64,000 nucleotides of DNA from Verrucomicrobiota bacterium (GTDB lineage Bacteria > Chlamydiota > Chlamydiia > Chlamydiales > SM23-39), in contig JAFEGL010000003.1 in NCBI GenBank assembly GCA_018239895.1, positions 418,212-482,211 of the forward strand, in the 5' to 3' direction. The notes under the pieces are model-generated. The model saw only the letters and a program-made list of their open reading frames with translations. It had not been told where the DNA came from and did no database searches. Of the stretch, positions 20,586 through 31,227 are shown in pieces. Made by a program: the position numbers and the translations under genes. Every line of letters begins with the position of its first letter. The first letter of the stretch is position 1.

Positions 20586-20978
20586 ATGGCATTTAATGAT
20601 CCCATTGCAGAACTCTTGACCAAGATCCGCAATGCCAAGGACGCCCAGCACCGCTATGTCGACCTGAGCTTCAGCAAGATCAAGATTAAACTTCTTGAAA
20701 TCATGAAAAACCATGGTTTCATTGAAAATTTCCTTGTCAACGAGGAAAAACACAAAGTTCGTGTGTTTTTACGCTACAATAGAGAGCGCGAATCGGTGCT
20801 CAAAGGGTTGACTCGCGAATCGACATGCGGCCTCAGACGCTACATCAGCTACAATGAAATTCCCCGAGTATTCAATGGGATGGGACTCGCTATTTTGACC
20901 ACATCGAAAGGTGTTGTTGATGGTGAAACGGCCCGTAACTTGAAAGTCGGCGGCGAACTGCTTTGCACGATTTGGTAA
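20586..20978 (+). CDS. rpsH: 30S ribosomal protein S8
   Basis: NDPIAELLTKIRNA and GLAILTTSKGVVDGETARNLKVGGELLC. It follows rplE directly, with no rpsN between them. Confidence 0.95.
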   Translation: MAFNDPIAELLTKIRNAKDAQHRYVDLSFSKIKIKLLEIMKNHGFIENFLVNEEKHKVRVFLRYNRERESVLKGLTRESTCGLRRYISYNEIPRVFNGMGLAILTTSKGVVDGETARNLKVGGELLCTIW

Positions 20979-20988
20979 GGAGAGAGCA

Positions 20989-21537
20989 ATGTCAAGACTT
21001 GGAAAAACACCTATCTCTATTCCGAAGGGAGTAGAACTCAAAGCCGGCAAAGATGGAGCCCTCCAATTCAAAGGACCAAAGGGTACTTTGGAAATGAAAC
21101 TCCCATTGGGTTTGAGCTTAAAGATCTCCGGACACGAAGCTGTTGTAGAGCGAGATGAAACACTTTTGCCTGAAAAGGCGATGCACGGTCTTTACAGATC
21201 CCTCATTCTGAATCACATCATTGGGGTTTCAGAGGGCTTTGAAGTTAAATTGACTCTGATCGGCGTCGGTTATAGAGCTGCTGTTCAAGGGAACAAATTG
21301 GATCTCTCTTTAGGATTTTCTCATCCAACACAAATTATCATCCCAAAGACGATCCAAGTCGCCATCGATAAGGGGACAGCGATCAGCATTAAAGGCCCCG
21401 ATAAGCGAGAAGTCGGACAGTTTGCAGCCTCAGTACGCGCTATGAAACCACCAGAGCCTTATAAAGGTAAAGGCGTCCGCTATGAGGACGAGTATGTGCG
21501 TAAGAAAGAAGGCAAGGCCGCTAAAGGAAAAGCTTAA
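20989..21537 (+). CDS. rplF: 50S ribosomal protein L6
   Basis: MSRLGKTPISIPKGVEL, GVGYRA and PPEPYKGKGVRY. Confidence 0.95.
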   Translation: MSRLGKTPISIPKGVELKAGKDGALQFKGPKGTLEMKLPLGLSLKISGHEAVVERDETLLPEKAMHGLYRSLILNHIIGVSEGFEVKLTLIGVGYRAAVQGNKLDLSLGFSHPTQIIIPKTIQVAIDKGTAISIKGPDKREVGQFAASVRAMKPPEPYKGKGVRYEDEYVRKKEGKAAKGKA

Positions 21538-21553
21538 AATTTAAGGTTAGGCA

Positions 21554-21925
21554 ATGGATAACTCACTGAAAAGGCGTAAAACGGCTCGCGCCTCACGTTT
21601 AATGCGTGTTAGAAAGGCGTTGAGAGGGAGTTCGGAAAAACCGAGACTTTCTGTGTTTAAGAGCAACCAGCACATTTATGCTCAGCTCATCGATGACGAA
21701 AAAGGGGTCACGCTCGCAGGAGTTGGATCTGTTTCGAAGTCGTTGAAAGGTACCTCCTTCAATGCGAAATCGAAAGAATCGGCCCGAGAAGTGGGTACGA
21801 GAATCGCAGAAATGGCCAAATCGAAAAACGTATCGACCGTGATCTTTGATCGAGGCCGCTGCAAGTTTCACGGAATCGTTGCTGAGCTGGCCAATGCCGC
21901 CCGCGAAGCCGGATTGCAATTTTAA
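21554..21925 (+). CDS. rplR: 50S ribosomal protein L18
   Basis: PRLSVFKSNQHIYAQLIDD and FDRGRCKFHGIVAELANAAREAGLQF. Confidence 0.95.
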   Translation: MDNSLKRRKTARASRLMRVRKALRGSSEKPRLSVFKSNQHIYAQLIDDEKGVTLAGVGSVSKSLKGTSFNAKSKESAREVGTRIAEMAKSKNVSTVIFDRGRCKFHGIVAELANAAREAGLQF

Positions 21926-21940
21926 AGGTAGGAATTGAAA

Positions 21941-22441
21941 ATGGCAAAGCAACCAGAGAAAAAACGGCAGGAAGACTTCGGCACCGAATTCGAAGAGAAA
22001 GTCCTCTACATTAACCGCTGCGCGAAGGTCGTGAAAGGCGGACGCAAGTTCAGCTTCTCTGCCCTAATTCTCGTAGGCGATGGACAAGGACATGTTGGTT
22101 ACGGTTTTGCGAAAGCAAACGAAGTATCCGATGCGATTCGCAAAGGATCTGAAGCAGCTCGCAAAAATATCATCACGATCGAAATGGAAGGGAGCACCAT
22201 CCCTCATGAGATCTATGTCGAGTGGGACGGAGCCAAGCTTCTTCTGAAACCAGCTCCTGAAGGAACTGGGGTCGTAGCAGGTTCTAAAGTCCGATCGGTA
22301 CTTGAGCTTGGCGGCGTCAAAAACGTCATCGCAAAAAGCTTGGGATCGAACAACCCATTAAACCAAGTGAAAGCCACATTTAAGGCGATCCTTCAATTGA
22401 GAAATCGAGAGTTAGCTCTCGCAGAACGTAGAGGGGCCTAA
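21941..22441 (+). CDS. rpsE: 30S ribosomal protein S5
   Basis: ATG at 21941 is preferred over the listed TTG at 21935. INRCAKVVKGGRKFSFSALILVGDGQGHVGYGFAKA. Confidence 0.95.
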   Translation: MAKQPEKKRQEDFGTEFEEKVLYINRCAKVVKGGRKFSFSALILVGDGQGHVGYGFAKANEVSDAIRKGSEAARKNIITIEMEGSTIPHEIYVEWDGAKLLLKPAPEGTGVVAGSKVRSVLELGGVKNVIAKSLGSNNPLNQVKATFKAILQLRNRELALAERRGA

Positions 22442-22446
22442 GACCC

Positions 22447-22902
22447 ATGGTTAAGTTATCTGAATTGAAAAATACTTCCAGACCTAAAGTAAAAGTTCAA
22501 CGAGTTGGACGCGGTGTTGGATCTGGCCGAGGCAAAACATCGGGACGCGGCGAAAAAGGTGACGGATCTAGATCCGGATATAAGCGCCGTTATGGTTATG
22601 AAGGTGGACAAGTGCCCCTTTACCGAAAGCTGCCTATCCGAGGATTCACTAGAGGCAGATTTGAGAAACCTTCTCAAGCAATTACCCTGGCTCTTATTGA
22701 AACCTATTTCCAAGATGGTGAAGTTGTGAACATGGCTTCGCTCCGAGAAAAGGGGTTGGTCCACAGACGCCTTCCTGCAGGAATTAAAATCCTGTCAAAT
22801 GGCGAACTGACCAAGAAAGTGACGATTGAAGCGAACGCTTTCTCCCAAGCTGCAGCTGAAAAATTGCAAGCCAAAAAGATTTCCTTTACCATTGTAGAAT
22901 AA
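22447..22902 (+). CDS. rplO: 50S ribosomal protein L15
   Basis: [20 protein letters not shown]. It follows rpsE directly, with no rpmD. Confidence 0.95.
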   Translation: MVKLSELKNTSRPKVKVQRVGRGVGSGRGKTSGRGEKGDGSRSGYKRRYGYEGGQVPLYRKLPIRGFTRGRFEKPSQAITLALIETYFQDGEVVNMASLREKGLVHRRLPAGIKILSNGELTKKVTIEANAFSQAAAEKLQAKKISFTIVE

Positions 22903-22912
22903 ACGGAATCAA

Positions 22913-24283
22913 ATGATCGAAGCGATCAAACGAGTATTTGGAATCCCAGAGCTACGAGCCAAGATTTTCTTTACATTGATCTTGCTTGCTGTATGCCGGA
23001 TTGGATCTTACATACCTGTGCCGGGAATCAATGCCGATGCAGCCATCAGCCTGTTCAAATTTGCGACAGGCGGAGGACAAAACCTGTTTCAGCTCGTCGA
23101 TATTTTTTCAGGGGGGGCGTTTGCCAAAATGACCCTTTTGGCTCTCGGCGTGATGCCTTATATTTCCGCTTCGATCATTATGCAGCTTTTGATCGCATTG
23201 ATCCCTTCTCTACAGAGAGAAATCAGAGAGAGTCCAGATCAAGGCCGCCGAAAGCTCTCCAAATGGACGCGCTGCGCGACGCTGATTCTGGCGATGTTCC
23301 AATCGGGACTGTTTGCTAAATTCGCTCTTAGCGTCAACCGCAACAGTCCAGGAATCGTTGTCTCTGAGTTAATGGATGTCCAATTTTTTGGATTTTCATG
23401 GCTCTTTTACCTGACTGTCATGCTTTCAATGACAGCCGGAACCCTTTTGCTCATGTGGATTGGCGAACAGATCACAGAGAAAGGGATTGGCAATGGAATT
23501 AGTTTGATCATTGCAGTTGGCATCATTTCATCTTTGCCTAGTACTATCGGCACGATCATCCAGCAATTGAACCTAGAGTCGCAAGACGCGGGGCAGTTGT
23601 CGTTTGTTACCTTGATCGTCCTTTGCGCACTTTTTGTATTCATCACGATCGGGACAATTTTGGTCATTCAGGGCCAGAGAAGAATACCTCTTCAGTATGC
23701 GAGACGCATCGTTGGGCGACATGAAGTCCAAGGCGGAAGTTCGCATATACCTTTAAAAATTAATTATGCAGGTGTGATTCCTGTCATTTTTGCAAGCTCT
23801 CTGTTGATGTTCCCTGCGACAATCGGGCAGTTCCTTGGCAAAAATACATGGTTTGGCGAGCTATCTGCTTATCTTTCCCCGGGCGCATGGGTCTATACTA
23901 TTCTGTATGTGATGCTCATTCTATTTTTTACTTACTTTTGGACTGCGACCCAATTTAAACCAGAGCAAATTGCCTCCGACATGAAAAAGAACGGAGCCTT
24001 CATCCCAGGGATTCGCCAAGGTAAGCCGACTCAGGACTATTTGGAGTCGACCATGAGCCGAATTACCCTAGCAGGGGCAATATTTTTAGCTATCATCGCT
24101 ATCCTCCCCACACTGGTGGGTCGATTAATGGGCGTCGATGCAAACATCAGCCAGTTTTTTGGGGGAACTTCCCTCTTAATCCTGGTAGGAGTTATTTTAG
24201 ATACAACAAAACAAGTTGAGTCTCACCTACTTATGAAACGCTATGACGGGTTCATGACGAAGGGGCGGCTCCGAGGGCGATAA
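22913..24283 (+). CDS. secY: Preprotein translocase subunit SecY
   Basis: Ten-TM pattern, [15 protein letters not shown] and [17 protein letters not shown]. Confidence 0.95.
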   Translation: MIEAIKRVFGIPELRAKIFFTLILLAVCRIGSYIPVPGINADAAISLFKFATGGGQNLFQLVDIFSGGAFAKMTLLALGVMPYISASIIMQLLIALIPSLQREIRESPDQGRRKLSKWTRCATLILAMFQSGLFAKFALSVNRNSPGIVVSELMDVQFFGFSWLFYLTVMLSMTAGTLLLMWIGEQITEKGIGNGISLIIAVGIISSLPSTIGTIIQQLNLESQDAGQLSFVTLIVLCALFVFITIGTILVIQGQRRIPLQYARRIVGRHEVQGGSSHIPLKINYAGVIPVIFASSLLMFPATIGQFLGKNTWFGELSAYLSPGAWVYTILYVMLILFFTYFWTATQFKPEQIASDMKKNGAFIPGIRQGKPTQDYLESTMSRITLAGAIFLAIIAILPTLVGRLMGVDANISQFFGGTSLLILVGVILDTTKQVESHLLMKRYDGFMTKGRLRGR

Positions 24284-24343
24284 GCCATTGTTAATTAAAC
24301 AGTTCGTGTGTTATTTTAGACTGACAAATAAGGAAATTGCAGC

Positions 24344-24712
24344 ATGGCAAGACTCATAGGAGTAGACATTCCCGACAACAAGCGGCTTGAAGTAAGCTTG
24401 ACTTACATTTACGGCGTTGGCAAAAGGCTGGCAAACCAGATCATTGAAAAATTGGGTTTGAATAAAGATATGCGCGCTCGCGAACTCAACGAAGATCAAA
24501 TCGCGAAGCTGAACGCAGTATTACAATCTGAATACACGGTAGAGGGAGATCTTCGCCGTCAAATTCAAAACAACATTAAACGACTCATCGGCATTCACTG
24601 CTACCGCGGCCTCCGCCACCGTTTAGGCCTCCCAGTTCGCGGCCAAAGAACCCGAACGAATGCTCGTACGCGCAAAGGCAAGCGCAAAACAGTTGCCAAC
24701 AAGAAAATCTAA
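24344..24712 (+). CDS. rpsM: 30S ribosomal protein S13
   Basis: [14 protein letters not shown] and [26 protein letters not shown]. Confidence 0.95.
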   Translation: MARLIGVDIPDNKRLEVSLTYIYGVGKRLANQIIEKLGLNKDMRARELNEDQIAKLNAVLQSEYTVEGDLRRQIQNNIKRLIGIHCYRGLRHRLGLPVRGQRTRTNARTRKGKRKTVANKKI

Positions 24713-24728
24713 TTAAGGAGATTGGACC

Positions 24729-25145
24729 TTGGCTAAGCAAGAACAAAAAGCGCCTCCAAAGAAAGCAGGCGTCCGCGTTAAGAAGAAAATTCAGCGCACA
24801 GTACCATCTGGAATCGCTCACGTTAAAGCGACATTCAACAACACCATCATCTCGATCACGGATCTGGCAGGGAACGTCGTCTCTTGGTCTTCCGCGGGAA
24901 AGGCAAACTTTTCTGGCTCGCGCAAATCTTCAGCTTTTGCAGCGACCGTTGCTGCTCAAAACGCAGCGAAAGAAGCGATGTCTCACGGTATGAAAGAGTG
25001 TGAAGTGAATTTAAACGGTCCCGGAGCGGGAAGAGAATCCGCTGTCCGCGGCTTGCAAAGCGCAGGAATGGCGATTACTATTATTCATGATAAGACCCCT
25101 GTGCCGCACAACGGTTGCAGACCGCGCAAGAGAAGACGCGTATAA
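24729..25145 (+). CDS. rpsK: 30S ribosomal protein S11
   Basis: TTG start 8 nt after aaggag. [18 protein letters not shown] and [16 protein letters not shown]. Confidence 0.95.
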   Translation: MAKQEQKAPPKKAGVRVKKKIQRTVPSGIAHVKATFNNTIISITDLAGNVVSWSSAGKANFSGSRKSSAFAATVAAQNAAKEAMSHGMKECEVNLNGPGAGRESAVRGLQSAGMAITIIHDKTPVPHNGCRPRKRRRV

Positions 25146-25172
25146 AAAACGTTTGACTGAAGGAGTCCTAAC

Positions 25173-26270
25173 ATGCCAGTTAAGTATGGCAAATTTGAAA
25201 TGCCAGAAAAAATCAAATTAGATGAAGCGAGTCAGACATCGACATTTGCCCGCTTTATCATCGAACCCTTTGAGCGAGGATTTGGCCACACTGTAGGCAA
25301 CGCTTTGAGAAGGATCATGTTAGCCTCTCTTGAGGCTCCTGCAATCCTATCAGTGCGAATCGAAGGGATTCCTCATGAGTACATGTCGACCGAGGGGATC
25401 ATTCAAGACATGACTCACATCGTCTTGAACCTGAAAGGCGCTCTACTTCGCAAATTGACGATGGGGGATGAGAGTCACCCGCGAGACATCAAAGTCATCA
25501 CAAAGATGCTTGAGATCACCGATGAGCTGCTTGAAAAGCACGGCGGAGCTTACAAAGTCACTTTGAAAGATCTGATTAGCAATGCAGACTATGATGTCGT
25601 GAATCCAGACCACCATCTCTTTACAGTCACGAAGCCGATGGTTAGAAGGATCGATTTAAAAGTGGGCTATGGCCGCGGATATGTGCCATCGGAGCGACAT
25701 GCTTTCGATCGCCAGATTGATGAAATTGTCATCGATTCCTGCTTCTCTCCAGTTAGATTGGTCAACTACTATGTAGAAAATACACGCGTTGGACAAGATA
25801 CGGATTTCGATCGATTGATCCTTGAGATCACTACGGATGGAAGAGTATCGCCTGTTGAAGCTCTAACATTTGCTTCGCAGATTGGTATACTCCACCTTCA
25901 AGTTTTCGATCAGATCAAATCGCACATGATCTTTTTCGATAAAGGTGAAACTCAAACCAACAGAGATCGCGACGAGATTCTGCAAAAACTCGCTCTCAAA
26001 ATCAACGAGATCGAACTTTCAGTCCGTTCAACGAACTGTTTGGCCAATGCAAACATCGATACGATTGGAGAACTTGTCGTTATGCCTGAATCGGAAATGC
26101 TCCGATTCCGCAATTTCGGCAAAAAGTCGCTCACTGAAATTAAACAAAAACTCGATGAACTTGGGCTATCGCTCGGTATGGATCTCGCTAAATACGGGAT
26201 TAACCGCGATAACATCAAGACAGTCATCCAAAATTATAATTTAGAGAAATTAGGCAACGTAGAAGTATGA
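25173..26270 (+). CDS. rpoA: DNA-directed RNA polymerase alpha subunit
   Basis: [26 protein letters not shown], and C-terminal domain [23 protein letters not shown]. Confidence 0.95.
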   Translation: MPVKYGKFEMPEKIKLDEASQTSTFARFIIEPFERGFGHTVGNALRRIMLASLEAPAILSVRIEGIPHEYMSTEGIIQDMTHIVLNLKGALLRKLTMGDESHPRDIKVITKMLEITDELLEKHGGAYKVTLKDLISNADYDVVNPDHHLFTVTKPMVRRIDLKVGYGRGYVPSERHAFDRQIDEIVIDSCFSPVRLVNYYVENTRVGQDTDFDRLILEITTDGRVSPVEALTFASQIGILHLQVFDQIKSHMIFFDKGETQTNRDRDEILQKLALKINEIELSVRSTNCLANANIDTIGELVVMPESEMLRFRNFGKKSLTEIKQKLDELGLSLGMDLAKYGINRDNIKTVIQNYNLEKLGNVEV

Positions 26271-26692
26271 GACACGGAAAACACACATTTAAGGTCGGCC
26301 GGACGGGATCTCATCGCCGATGCATGTTGGCAAACATGTTGAAATCCCTCATTGAAAATGAAAGGATCTCGACGACTGTCGTTAAAGCGAAGGAACTTCG
26401 CCGCCATGCGGATCGTTTGATCACAATGGCAAAAAAGAACACTCTTGCTTCGCGCCGCAATGCGATCGCTGAGCTGATGGTGTCTTTCAATCCATTGTCT
26501 ACGAAAGAGGCGAGATCGGCGAAGAAAGGTGAGCAAGACTCCTTTTCTAGAGATCGGAAAGCCATCAACAAACTCTTTGGGGAACTCAAAGAGAGATTTG
26601 CGAGCAGAAACGGCGGTTATACACGCATTATCCGCGGTGCTGATCGAATTGGTGACAGCGCTCCAACTTGCTATATTGAGTATCTGAAGTAG
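26267..26692 (+). CDS. rplQ: 50S ribosomal protein L17
   Basis: [24 protein letters not shown] and GGYTRIIR. Confidence 0.95.
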   Translation: MRHGKHTFKVGRTGSHRRCMLANMLKSLIENERISTTVVKAKELRRHADRLITMAKKNTLASRRNAIAELMVSFNPLSTKEARSAKKGEQDSFSRDRKAINKLFGELKERFASRNGGYTRIIRGADRIGDSAPTCYIEYLK

Positions 26693-26707
26693 TAGATACA
26701 TCTCTTT

Positions 26708-26751
26708 AAAAACCACTTGTTTGGAATCTCTCCTAGCAAGTGGTTTTTTTT
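26708..26751 (+). terminator. Rho-independent terminator of the r-protein/rpoA operon
   Basis: The 12-nt arms aaaaaccacttg and caagtggttttt pair around a 17-nt loop and run into a 9-T tract. Confidence 0.8.
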
Positions 26752-26813
26752 ATTCTTCATCCTTTACACCAGTCACAAAATAGGGTATAGTATCCTATTT
26801 TAGGGCTTAAGTT

Positions 26814-27821
26814 ATGGTCAAACGGGTAGCGATCAATGGATTTGGTCGAATAGGACGACTGGTCCTCCGGCAATCCCTTTCACGCAAAAATATTCAAGTT
26901 GTTGCTATCAATGACTTGGTCCCAGCTGATAATTTAGCCTATCTTTTCAAACATGATTCGATCCATAAAACCTATCCTGGGCCAGTCAGCGCCCACGAAA
27001 ATTCTCTCCATATCGACGGACACGAGATTGCCGTCGCTGCAGAAAAGGAACCTTCGCTTCTCCCATGGAAAGAGATGGGAATCGACTATGTCGTTGAATC
27101 GACCGGAAGGTTTACCCATCGCGAAGGAGCCGCTAAACATTTAACCGCTGGAGCAAAGCGGGTATTAATCACAGCGCCTGGCAAAGACGAGATGCCCACC
27201 TATGTCATGGGTGTCAACCACACACAATTCAATCCACAAGTGGATACCATATTGTGCAACGCATCTTGCACGACAAATTGTCTCGCGCCCTTATGCAAAG
27301 TGTTATTAGATCACTTCGGAATCGAAGAGGGTCTAATGACCACAGTTCACTCTCTTACAGCCACACAGCCCACCGTCGACGGCCCTTCCCATAAAGATTG
27401 GCGAGGCGGACGAGCTGCTGGCTTCAATATCATCCCTGCAAGTACCGGGGCTGCGAAAGCAGTCGCTCTCTGTTTACCTGAGTTGAAGGGCAAACTGACC
27501 GGCATGGCTTTCCGCGTTCCCACTCCCGACGTATCGGTCGTCGACCTGACTGTCAGGCTTTCGCGCGATACAACCTATGAGGAGATCGGCAACGCAATGG
27601 ATGCAGCAGCGAAAACAAATCTCAAAGGCATCCTAACAACAACTGACGAACAGCTTGTGTCTTCCGATCTGATCGGAAGCACCTATTCCTGTATTTACGA
27701 TAAGTTAGCTGGAATCGCGCTGAATCGCCGCTTTTATAAATTAATTGCATGGTACGACAACGAGCTGGGATATTCTCAACGAGTCGTCGACCTTTTGGAG
27801 TACATGGCCTCGAAAGAATGA
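26814..27821 (+). CDS. gapA: Glyceraldehyde-3-phosphate dehydrogenase
   Basis: [13 protein letters not shown] and the active site [13 protein letters not shown]. Confidence 0.95.
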   Translation: MVKRVAINGFGRIGRLVLRQSLSRKNIQVVAINDLVPADNLAYLFKHDSIHKTYPGPVSAHENSLHIDGHEIAVAAEKEPSLLPWKEMGIDYVVESTGRFTHREGAAKHLTAGAKRVLITAPGKDEMPTYVMGVNHTQFNPQVDTILCNASCTTNCLAPLCKVLLDHFGIEEGLMTTVHSLTATQPTVDGPSHKDWRGGRAAGFNIIPASTGAAKAVALCLPELKGKLTGMAFRVPTPDVSVVDLTVRLSRDTTYEEIGNAMDAAAKTNLKGILTTTDEQLVSSDLIGSTYSCIYDKLAGIALNRRFYKLIAWYDNELGYSQRVVDLLEYMASKE

Positions 27822-27878
27822 ACACAAGAACTCATGTCATGAACTCCCATTACGAACCCTTAAATAACGGAACATTTA

Positions 27879-28622
27879 GTGAATTTTACCCGAGAACCAA
27901 TCATCGAGACGGTCATCACCCCTCGCGAAGGATGCAAATTAGTCATCCGCAATAGCAAGGGAAATGGCCAAGAAGACTATTTTGTCGATGCGGTAGAAGT
28001 TGTCTCTTTTGGGCACTCTTTCTTTTTCCGCTCGCTTGAAAAACCAAAATCATTCCTCGTTCCTGTCAGCGACTATGAAATTCTAGAGCTGAAAGAGACA
28101 AGAATGGTCCTCAAGAACGTAGGGACCGAGAGGGCGATCAAGATTGGCGGAGGCCGCGATTCAGCGCCGCCGCGCCATCGCGAACAGGAGCATCGTCATC
28201 GCGAGCCTGAGCCTCGCGAAGAAGAGCAGCCTTTGCCACCTCTTCCTGAAGGGGAGCAGCCAGCGCCTCCTCCCATGGACCGAAAGCGCGACAAGCGCCG
28301 TCGCGGACGCCGAGGCCGGGATCGCCACGAGCTCGACCAGCGCCCTAAGCCGCCACAACACGAGGAGATGGCGCCTGTAGAAGGAGAAGAGATCAACGAT
28401 GCGGAGCCAGCTCTTGAAGAGAACAAGGCCCCCTCGTTCATCTCCAAATTGTTTCCGCCTCCTCCGACCCTCATCAAGGAGACGTTGAGCCGCTACAAGA
28501 CCTCAGAGACCGTGGAAGAGGACATTTTCTCGCCCCCGCTCGAAGAAAAAGCGCCCCATTCCTATGACGAGTCGATTTTCGACCATCCGATTACGGACGA
28601 AGAGACGAAGACAGAAGAATAA
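27879..28622 (+). CDS. Hypothetical protein with a folded N-terminal domain and an Arg/Glu/Pro-rich low-complexity tail
   Basis: GTG start. The N-terminal 90 aa are compositionally normal, followed by HREQEHRHREPEPREEEQPLPPLPEGEQPAPPP..KRDKRRRGRRGRDRH. A terminator follows. Confidence 0.6.
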   Translation: MNFTREPIIETVITPREGCKLVIRNSKGNGQEDYFVDAVEVVSFGHSFFFRSLEKPKSFLVPVSDYEILELKETRMVLKNVGTERAIKIGGGRDSAPPRHREQEHRHREPEPREEEQPLPPLPEGEQPAPPPMDRKRDKRRRGRRGRDRHELDQRPKPPQHEEMAPVEGEEINDAEPALEENKAPSFISKLFPPPPTLIKETLSRYKTSETVEEDIFSPPLEEKAPHSYDESIFDHPITDEETKTEE

Positions 28623-28628
28623 TTTTTA

Positions 28629-28660
28629 GCCCGCCGCCACGGCGGGCTTGCCTCTTTTTC
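28629..28660 (+). terminator. Rho-independent terminator
   Basis: gcccgcc-gccac-ggcgggc stem-loop followed by the T-rich ttgcctcttttt. Confidence 0.65.
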
Positions 28661-28686
28661 CCCTAGCAATTACAATCGATTGCTCT

Positions 28687-28769
<83 letters not shown>

Positions 28770-28796
28770 AATTTTGTTTCGCAAAATTGCGAGGAA

Positions 28797-28840
28797 GGAA
28801 GCCCTTTGAATGGGGCTTCCGGTGGGGCGAGAAATGAGCG
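28797..28840. repeat. GC-rich palindromic intergenic element, copy A (weakest match)
   Basis: ggaagccc-tttgaatg-gggcttcc hairpin followed by ggtggggcgagaaatgagcg. It has the same hairpin-then-GGGCGrAA layout as the copies at 30337-30391 and 32611-32668. Confidence 0.4.
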
Positions 28841-28895
28841 CTTTAGCGCGAATCGGCCCGAACGACGGAGGTACGAAGTACCGCCGCGGTGAGGG

Positions 28896-28974
28896 GAGTC
28901 CCACTCCAAGCAATTTTTTTGCGAGCAAAAAAATGCTCGCAAGAAAAGCCACCTCCGTGGTTTTTCGTAGGGGA
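28896..28974 (+). repeat. Direct repeat of the tRNA-Leu 3' end plus downstream flank (copy 2)
   Basis: gagtcccactccaagca matches tRNA positions 28753-28769 at 16 of 17 nt. The next about 60 nt (caatttttttgcgagcaaaaaaatgctcgcaagaaaagccacctccgtggtttttcgtagggg) align with 30025-30089. Confidence 0.75.
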
Positions 28975-28995
28975 CTTCAGAGCGGCTAAAAATCT

Positions 28996-29691
28996 TTATT
29001 TTGAAAAAGCCAAATCAACTGCTGCCCTGGCGTGTAATTCGGTGGTATCGAATAGAGGAATTTGGGAGTCTTTTTGATTAATCAAGAGTGTAAGTTCTGT
29101 GCACCCCAAAATGATTCCTTTGGCGCCCTTCTTTCCTAGATGTTCAATCAATGTAACGAGCCTTTTCCTTGAGCTTTCGTTGATTTTTCCCACGGTTAGT
29201 TCATCAAAGATCATATTGTGAAGTATTTCTCGCTCATGTCGCTCAGGCACAAGCGCATCAATCCCGAATCGATCTAAAAGCCGATCTTTGTAAAACTGCT
29301 CTTCCATTGTTACCTTGGTGCCGAGAAGCCCCACTGTTTTGATTCTCGCTTCTCGGATGGCTTCAGCTGTAGGATCGACAATATGAAGAATGGGGATATT
29401 AATAGCAGCTTCCACCTGAGAGAACACTTTGTGAATGGCGTTTGCGGTCAGAATTAGAAAATCGGCTCCTGCTATCTCTAACTTTTTGGCTAAATGAGAA
29501 ATTTCTTTTCCAACAGCTTCCCATTCATTCCTATGAACCAGTGTTAAAATTTTCTCAAAATTCACTGAATAAATGATTGCTTCGGTCGAGTTATGTCCCC
29601 CCAATTTCGCATGCGTATACCGATTCATCAGTTGGTAATAATGTTGGGTGGATTCCCAGCTCATCCCTCCAATGAGACCTATCGTCTTCAT
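28996..29691 (-). CDS. Aspartate/glutamate racemase family protein (aspartate racemase-like)
   Basis: MKTIGLIGGMSWEST and ILGCTELTLL contain the two catalytic Cys/Thr regions of Asp/Glu/hydantoin racemases. Confidence 0.8.
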   Translation of the reverse strand: MKTIGLIGGMSWESTQHYYQLMNRYTHAKLGGHNSTEAIIYSVNFEKILTLVHRNEWEAVGKEISHLAKKLEIAGADFLILTANAIHKVFSQVEAAINIPILHIVDPTAEAIREARIKTVGLLGTKVTMEEQFYKDRLLDRFGIDALVPERHEREILHNMIFDELTVGKINESSRKRLVTLIEHLGKKGAKGIILGCTELTLLINQKDSQIPLFDTTELHARAAVDLAFSK

Positions 29692-29975
29692 TGTGCTAAA
29701 ACTCCTCTATCACAGCCTTTTCTTAAGATAAGTACCCGGAAGCTACCCGGAAAGTCAAGTGCTTCAGGGTTCTTCTGTTTTTAAGAGGAGAGGGCTTTTG
29801 AACCATTGTTGTAGTTAGGCTAGCAATAAATGAAGAGGCCGTTGAAGAGCGGGGGCAACAATAACTTATTTTAACCTAGAATCACTCAAGGAAATCAACA
29901 AATTTTTGACTGTAACCACCTAGCTTTAAAATTGATAGCTATAAATGGTTCTTATGGGCTATAGTATTCCCTAGA

Positions 29976-30089
29976 ACTTAAAATCCCCTGGTAGCAATAC
30001 CGTGTGGATTAGAGCCCCGCCCGAGCAATTTTTTGCGGGCAAGTAATGCTCGAAGGAAATGCCACCTGCGTGGTTTTTCTTAGGGGGGG
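29976..30089 (+). pseudogene. tRNA-Leu 3' fragment (anticodon loop to 3' end, decayed T arm) plus the conserved flank (copy 3)
   Basis: acttaaaatcccctggtagcaataccgtgtgg is identical to tRNA positions 28717-28748. The sequence then diverges (attagagccccgcccgagca) and the T arm no longer pairs. The flank matches copy 2. Confidence 0.75.
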
Positions 30090-30301
30090 TGGCCATTCTT
30101 AGATTGCCAAACCGCGAGAATGCAAGTCCTTGAACAAGACTTGGTTACATTCTCACTTAAAGGGGGAAGGTTCGCAAGAACTGGAGCCCCTTTATTTTTT
30201 TATTACATCGAAAATTTTCTGAGATCATCACCCCGGCAGCAAGATAGCATCGGCCTGCGCGAAGGGGCCACTCCAGTCCGGCCTTTCCCAAGATTTTTTC
30301 T

Positions 30302-30391
30302 GCGCCTTCGCCGTTTACGGCGGGCGCTCTCACGGCCATTTCCTGCTGCCGAATGGCAGCGGGAAGGGGGCGGAACGTGCGTGAGGATCCT
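30302..30391. repeat. GC-rich palindromic intergenic element, copy B
   Basis: gcgcc-ttcgccgtttacggcgg-gcgc hairpin, then ccatttcc-tgctgcc-gaa-tggcagcg-ggaagggggcggaacgtgcgtgaggatcc. It aligns with 32611-32668. Confidence 0.55.
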
Positions 30392-30441
30392 TATCCCCGT
30401 TCTGCTTTCCGACTCTGTTGTCTTAGTTAATGAGGGTAGGA

Positions 30442-31053
30442 TTATCCGTTAGATACAACATTAAACACCTTGGGCTGTTTGGAGTCTTGATCGATTAAAG
30501 TGATGGTATAAGAAGGTTGATAGGCGTGAACAGGAACAAAGATGATAGCGTTGAGGCGAGAGTGGGGGAGTACTACTTGATCGTGAGCGGCTTTTGCAAA
30601 AAAATCTTTGTCGAGAGCGTCATTGGCATCAGAAGATTTGATCCCATCAACTATAGCTGGGATCACCAAAGGCCATAGAATGAGAGATCCAACGCTATAT
30701 CCGACAACTCGCCCTACAGTAGAGGTGTGAACCTTTTCAGCGACTTCTTCCGGCCTAGCAACTGGTAGAGTTATACGATTCAATGAGAAGATATAGTTCT
30801 TGTCTGAGTCATTCTGGATATAGATTTGGATAGGTTGGTATCCTTCAGCGACGACATTTCGATCAAGAAATTTACTGCAATCGTATTGAGTAAAGGTCTT
30901 TGAAACAATCGAAACTCCTTCGTTTTTAGAGTCTACTTGAACTAAGTCTGCCGCCGGGTTGTATAGAGGTGATGCTCTATAGCTAGCGCAAGAGGATAGG
31001 CTTGCGGCCATCGCTAAAAAGCTAGATGTGTATAATAATCTTTTGATTTTCAT
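30442..31053 (-). CDS. Hypothetical lipoprotein
   Basis: Signal peptide with lipobox MAASLSSC. One internal hydrophobic segment, GSLILWPLVIPAIV. Confidence 0.65.
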   Translation of the reverse strand: MKIKRLLYTSSFLAMAASLSSCASYRASPLYNPAADLVQVDSKNEGVSIVSKTFTQYDCSKFLDRNVVAEGYQPIQIYIQNDSDKNYIFSLNRITLPVARPEEVAEKVHTSTVGRVVGYSVGSLILWPLVIPAIVDGIKSSDANDALDKDFFAKAAHDQVVLPHSRLNAIIFVPVHAYQPSYTITLIDQDSKQPKVFNVVSNG

Positions 31054-31170
31054 TGTTTTTCCATTTTGAGGTGAATGATTTGGGCATTATATGGAGGATG
31101 AATTTTCTAATCTCCTTTTTATTTTGAAAGTTCATCTTGTCGCGGGTTTGAAGGAAATTTTTTTAATGCC

Positions 31171-31217
31171 TTGCAGTTAAAGATAGGCTAGTTATAATAG
31201 TTGCGTTATACAACTAT
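31171..31217 (+). promoter_or_regulatory. Candidate sigma-70-type promoter and inverted-repeat operator of the MarR-GNAT gene
   Basis: ttgcag (31171-31176), a 16-nt spacer, then tataat (31193-31198). The 7-bp inverted repeat atagttg-N7-caactat (31197-31217) overlaps the -10 element. Confidence 0.45.
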
Positions 31218-31227
31218 CTGGGTTGCG

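Noticed and set aside
14661-26692. Apparent absence of rpsJ, rpsN, rpmD, adk, map, infA, rpmJ and rpsD from the ribosomal-protein superoperon.
   Set aside because: As far as I recall, this reduced layout (operon starting at rplC, rplE directly followed by rpsH, rpsE by rplO, secY by rpsM, rpsK by rpoA) is the normal chlamydial arrangement. It is not a deletion or an anomaly. It is useful as a taxonomic clue only.
30120-30452. A 110-aa ORF in the 750-nt gap after the tRNA fragment.
   Set aside because: It is Arg/Pro/Leu-rich and spans the palindromic repeat element (copy B). There is no Shine-Dalgarno sequence and no motif, so it is treated as non-coding.
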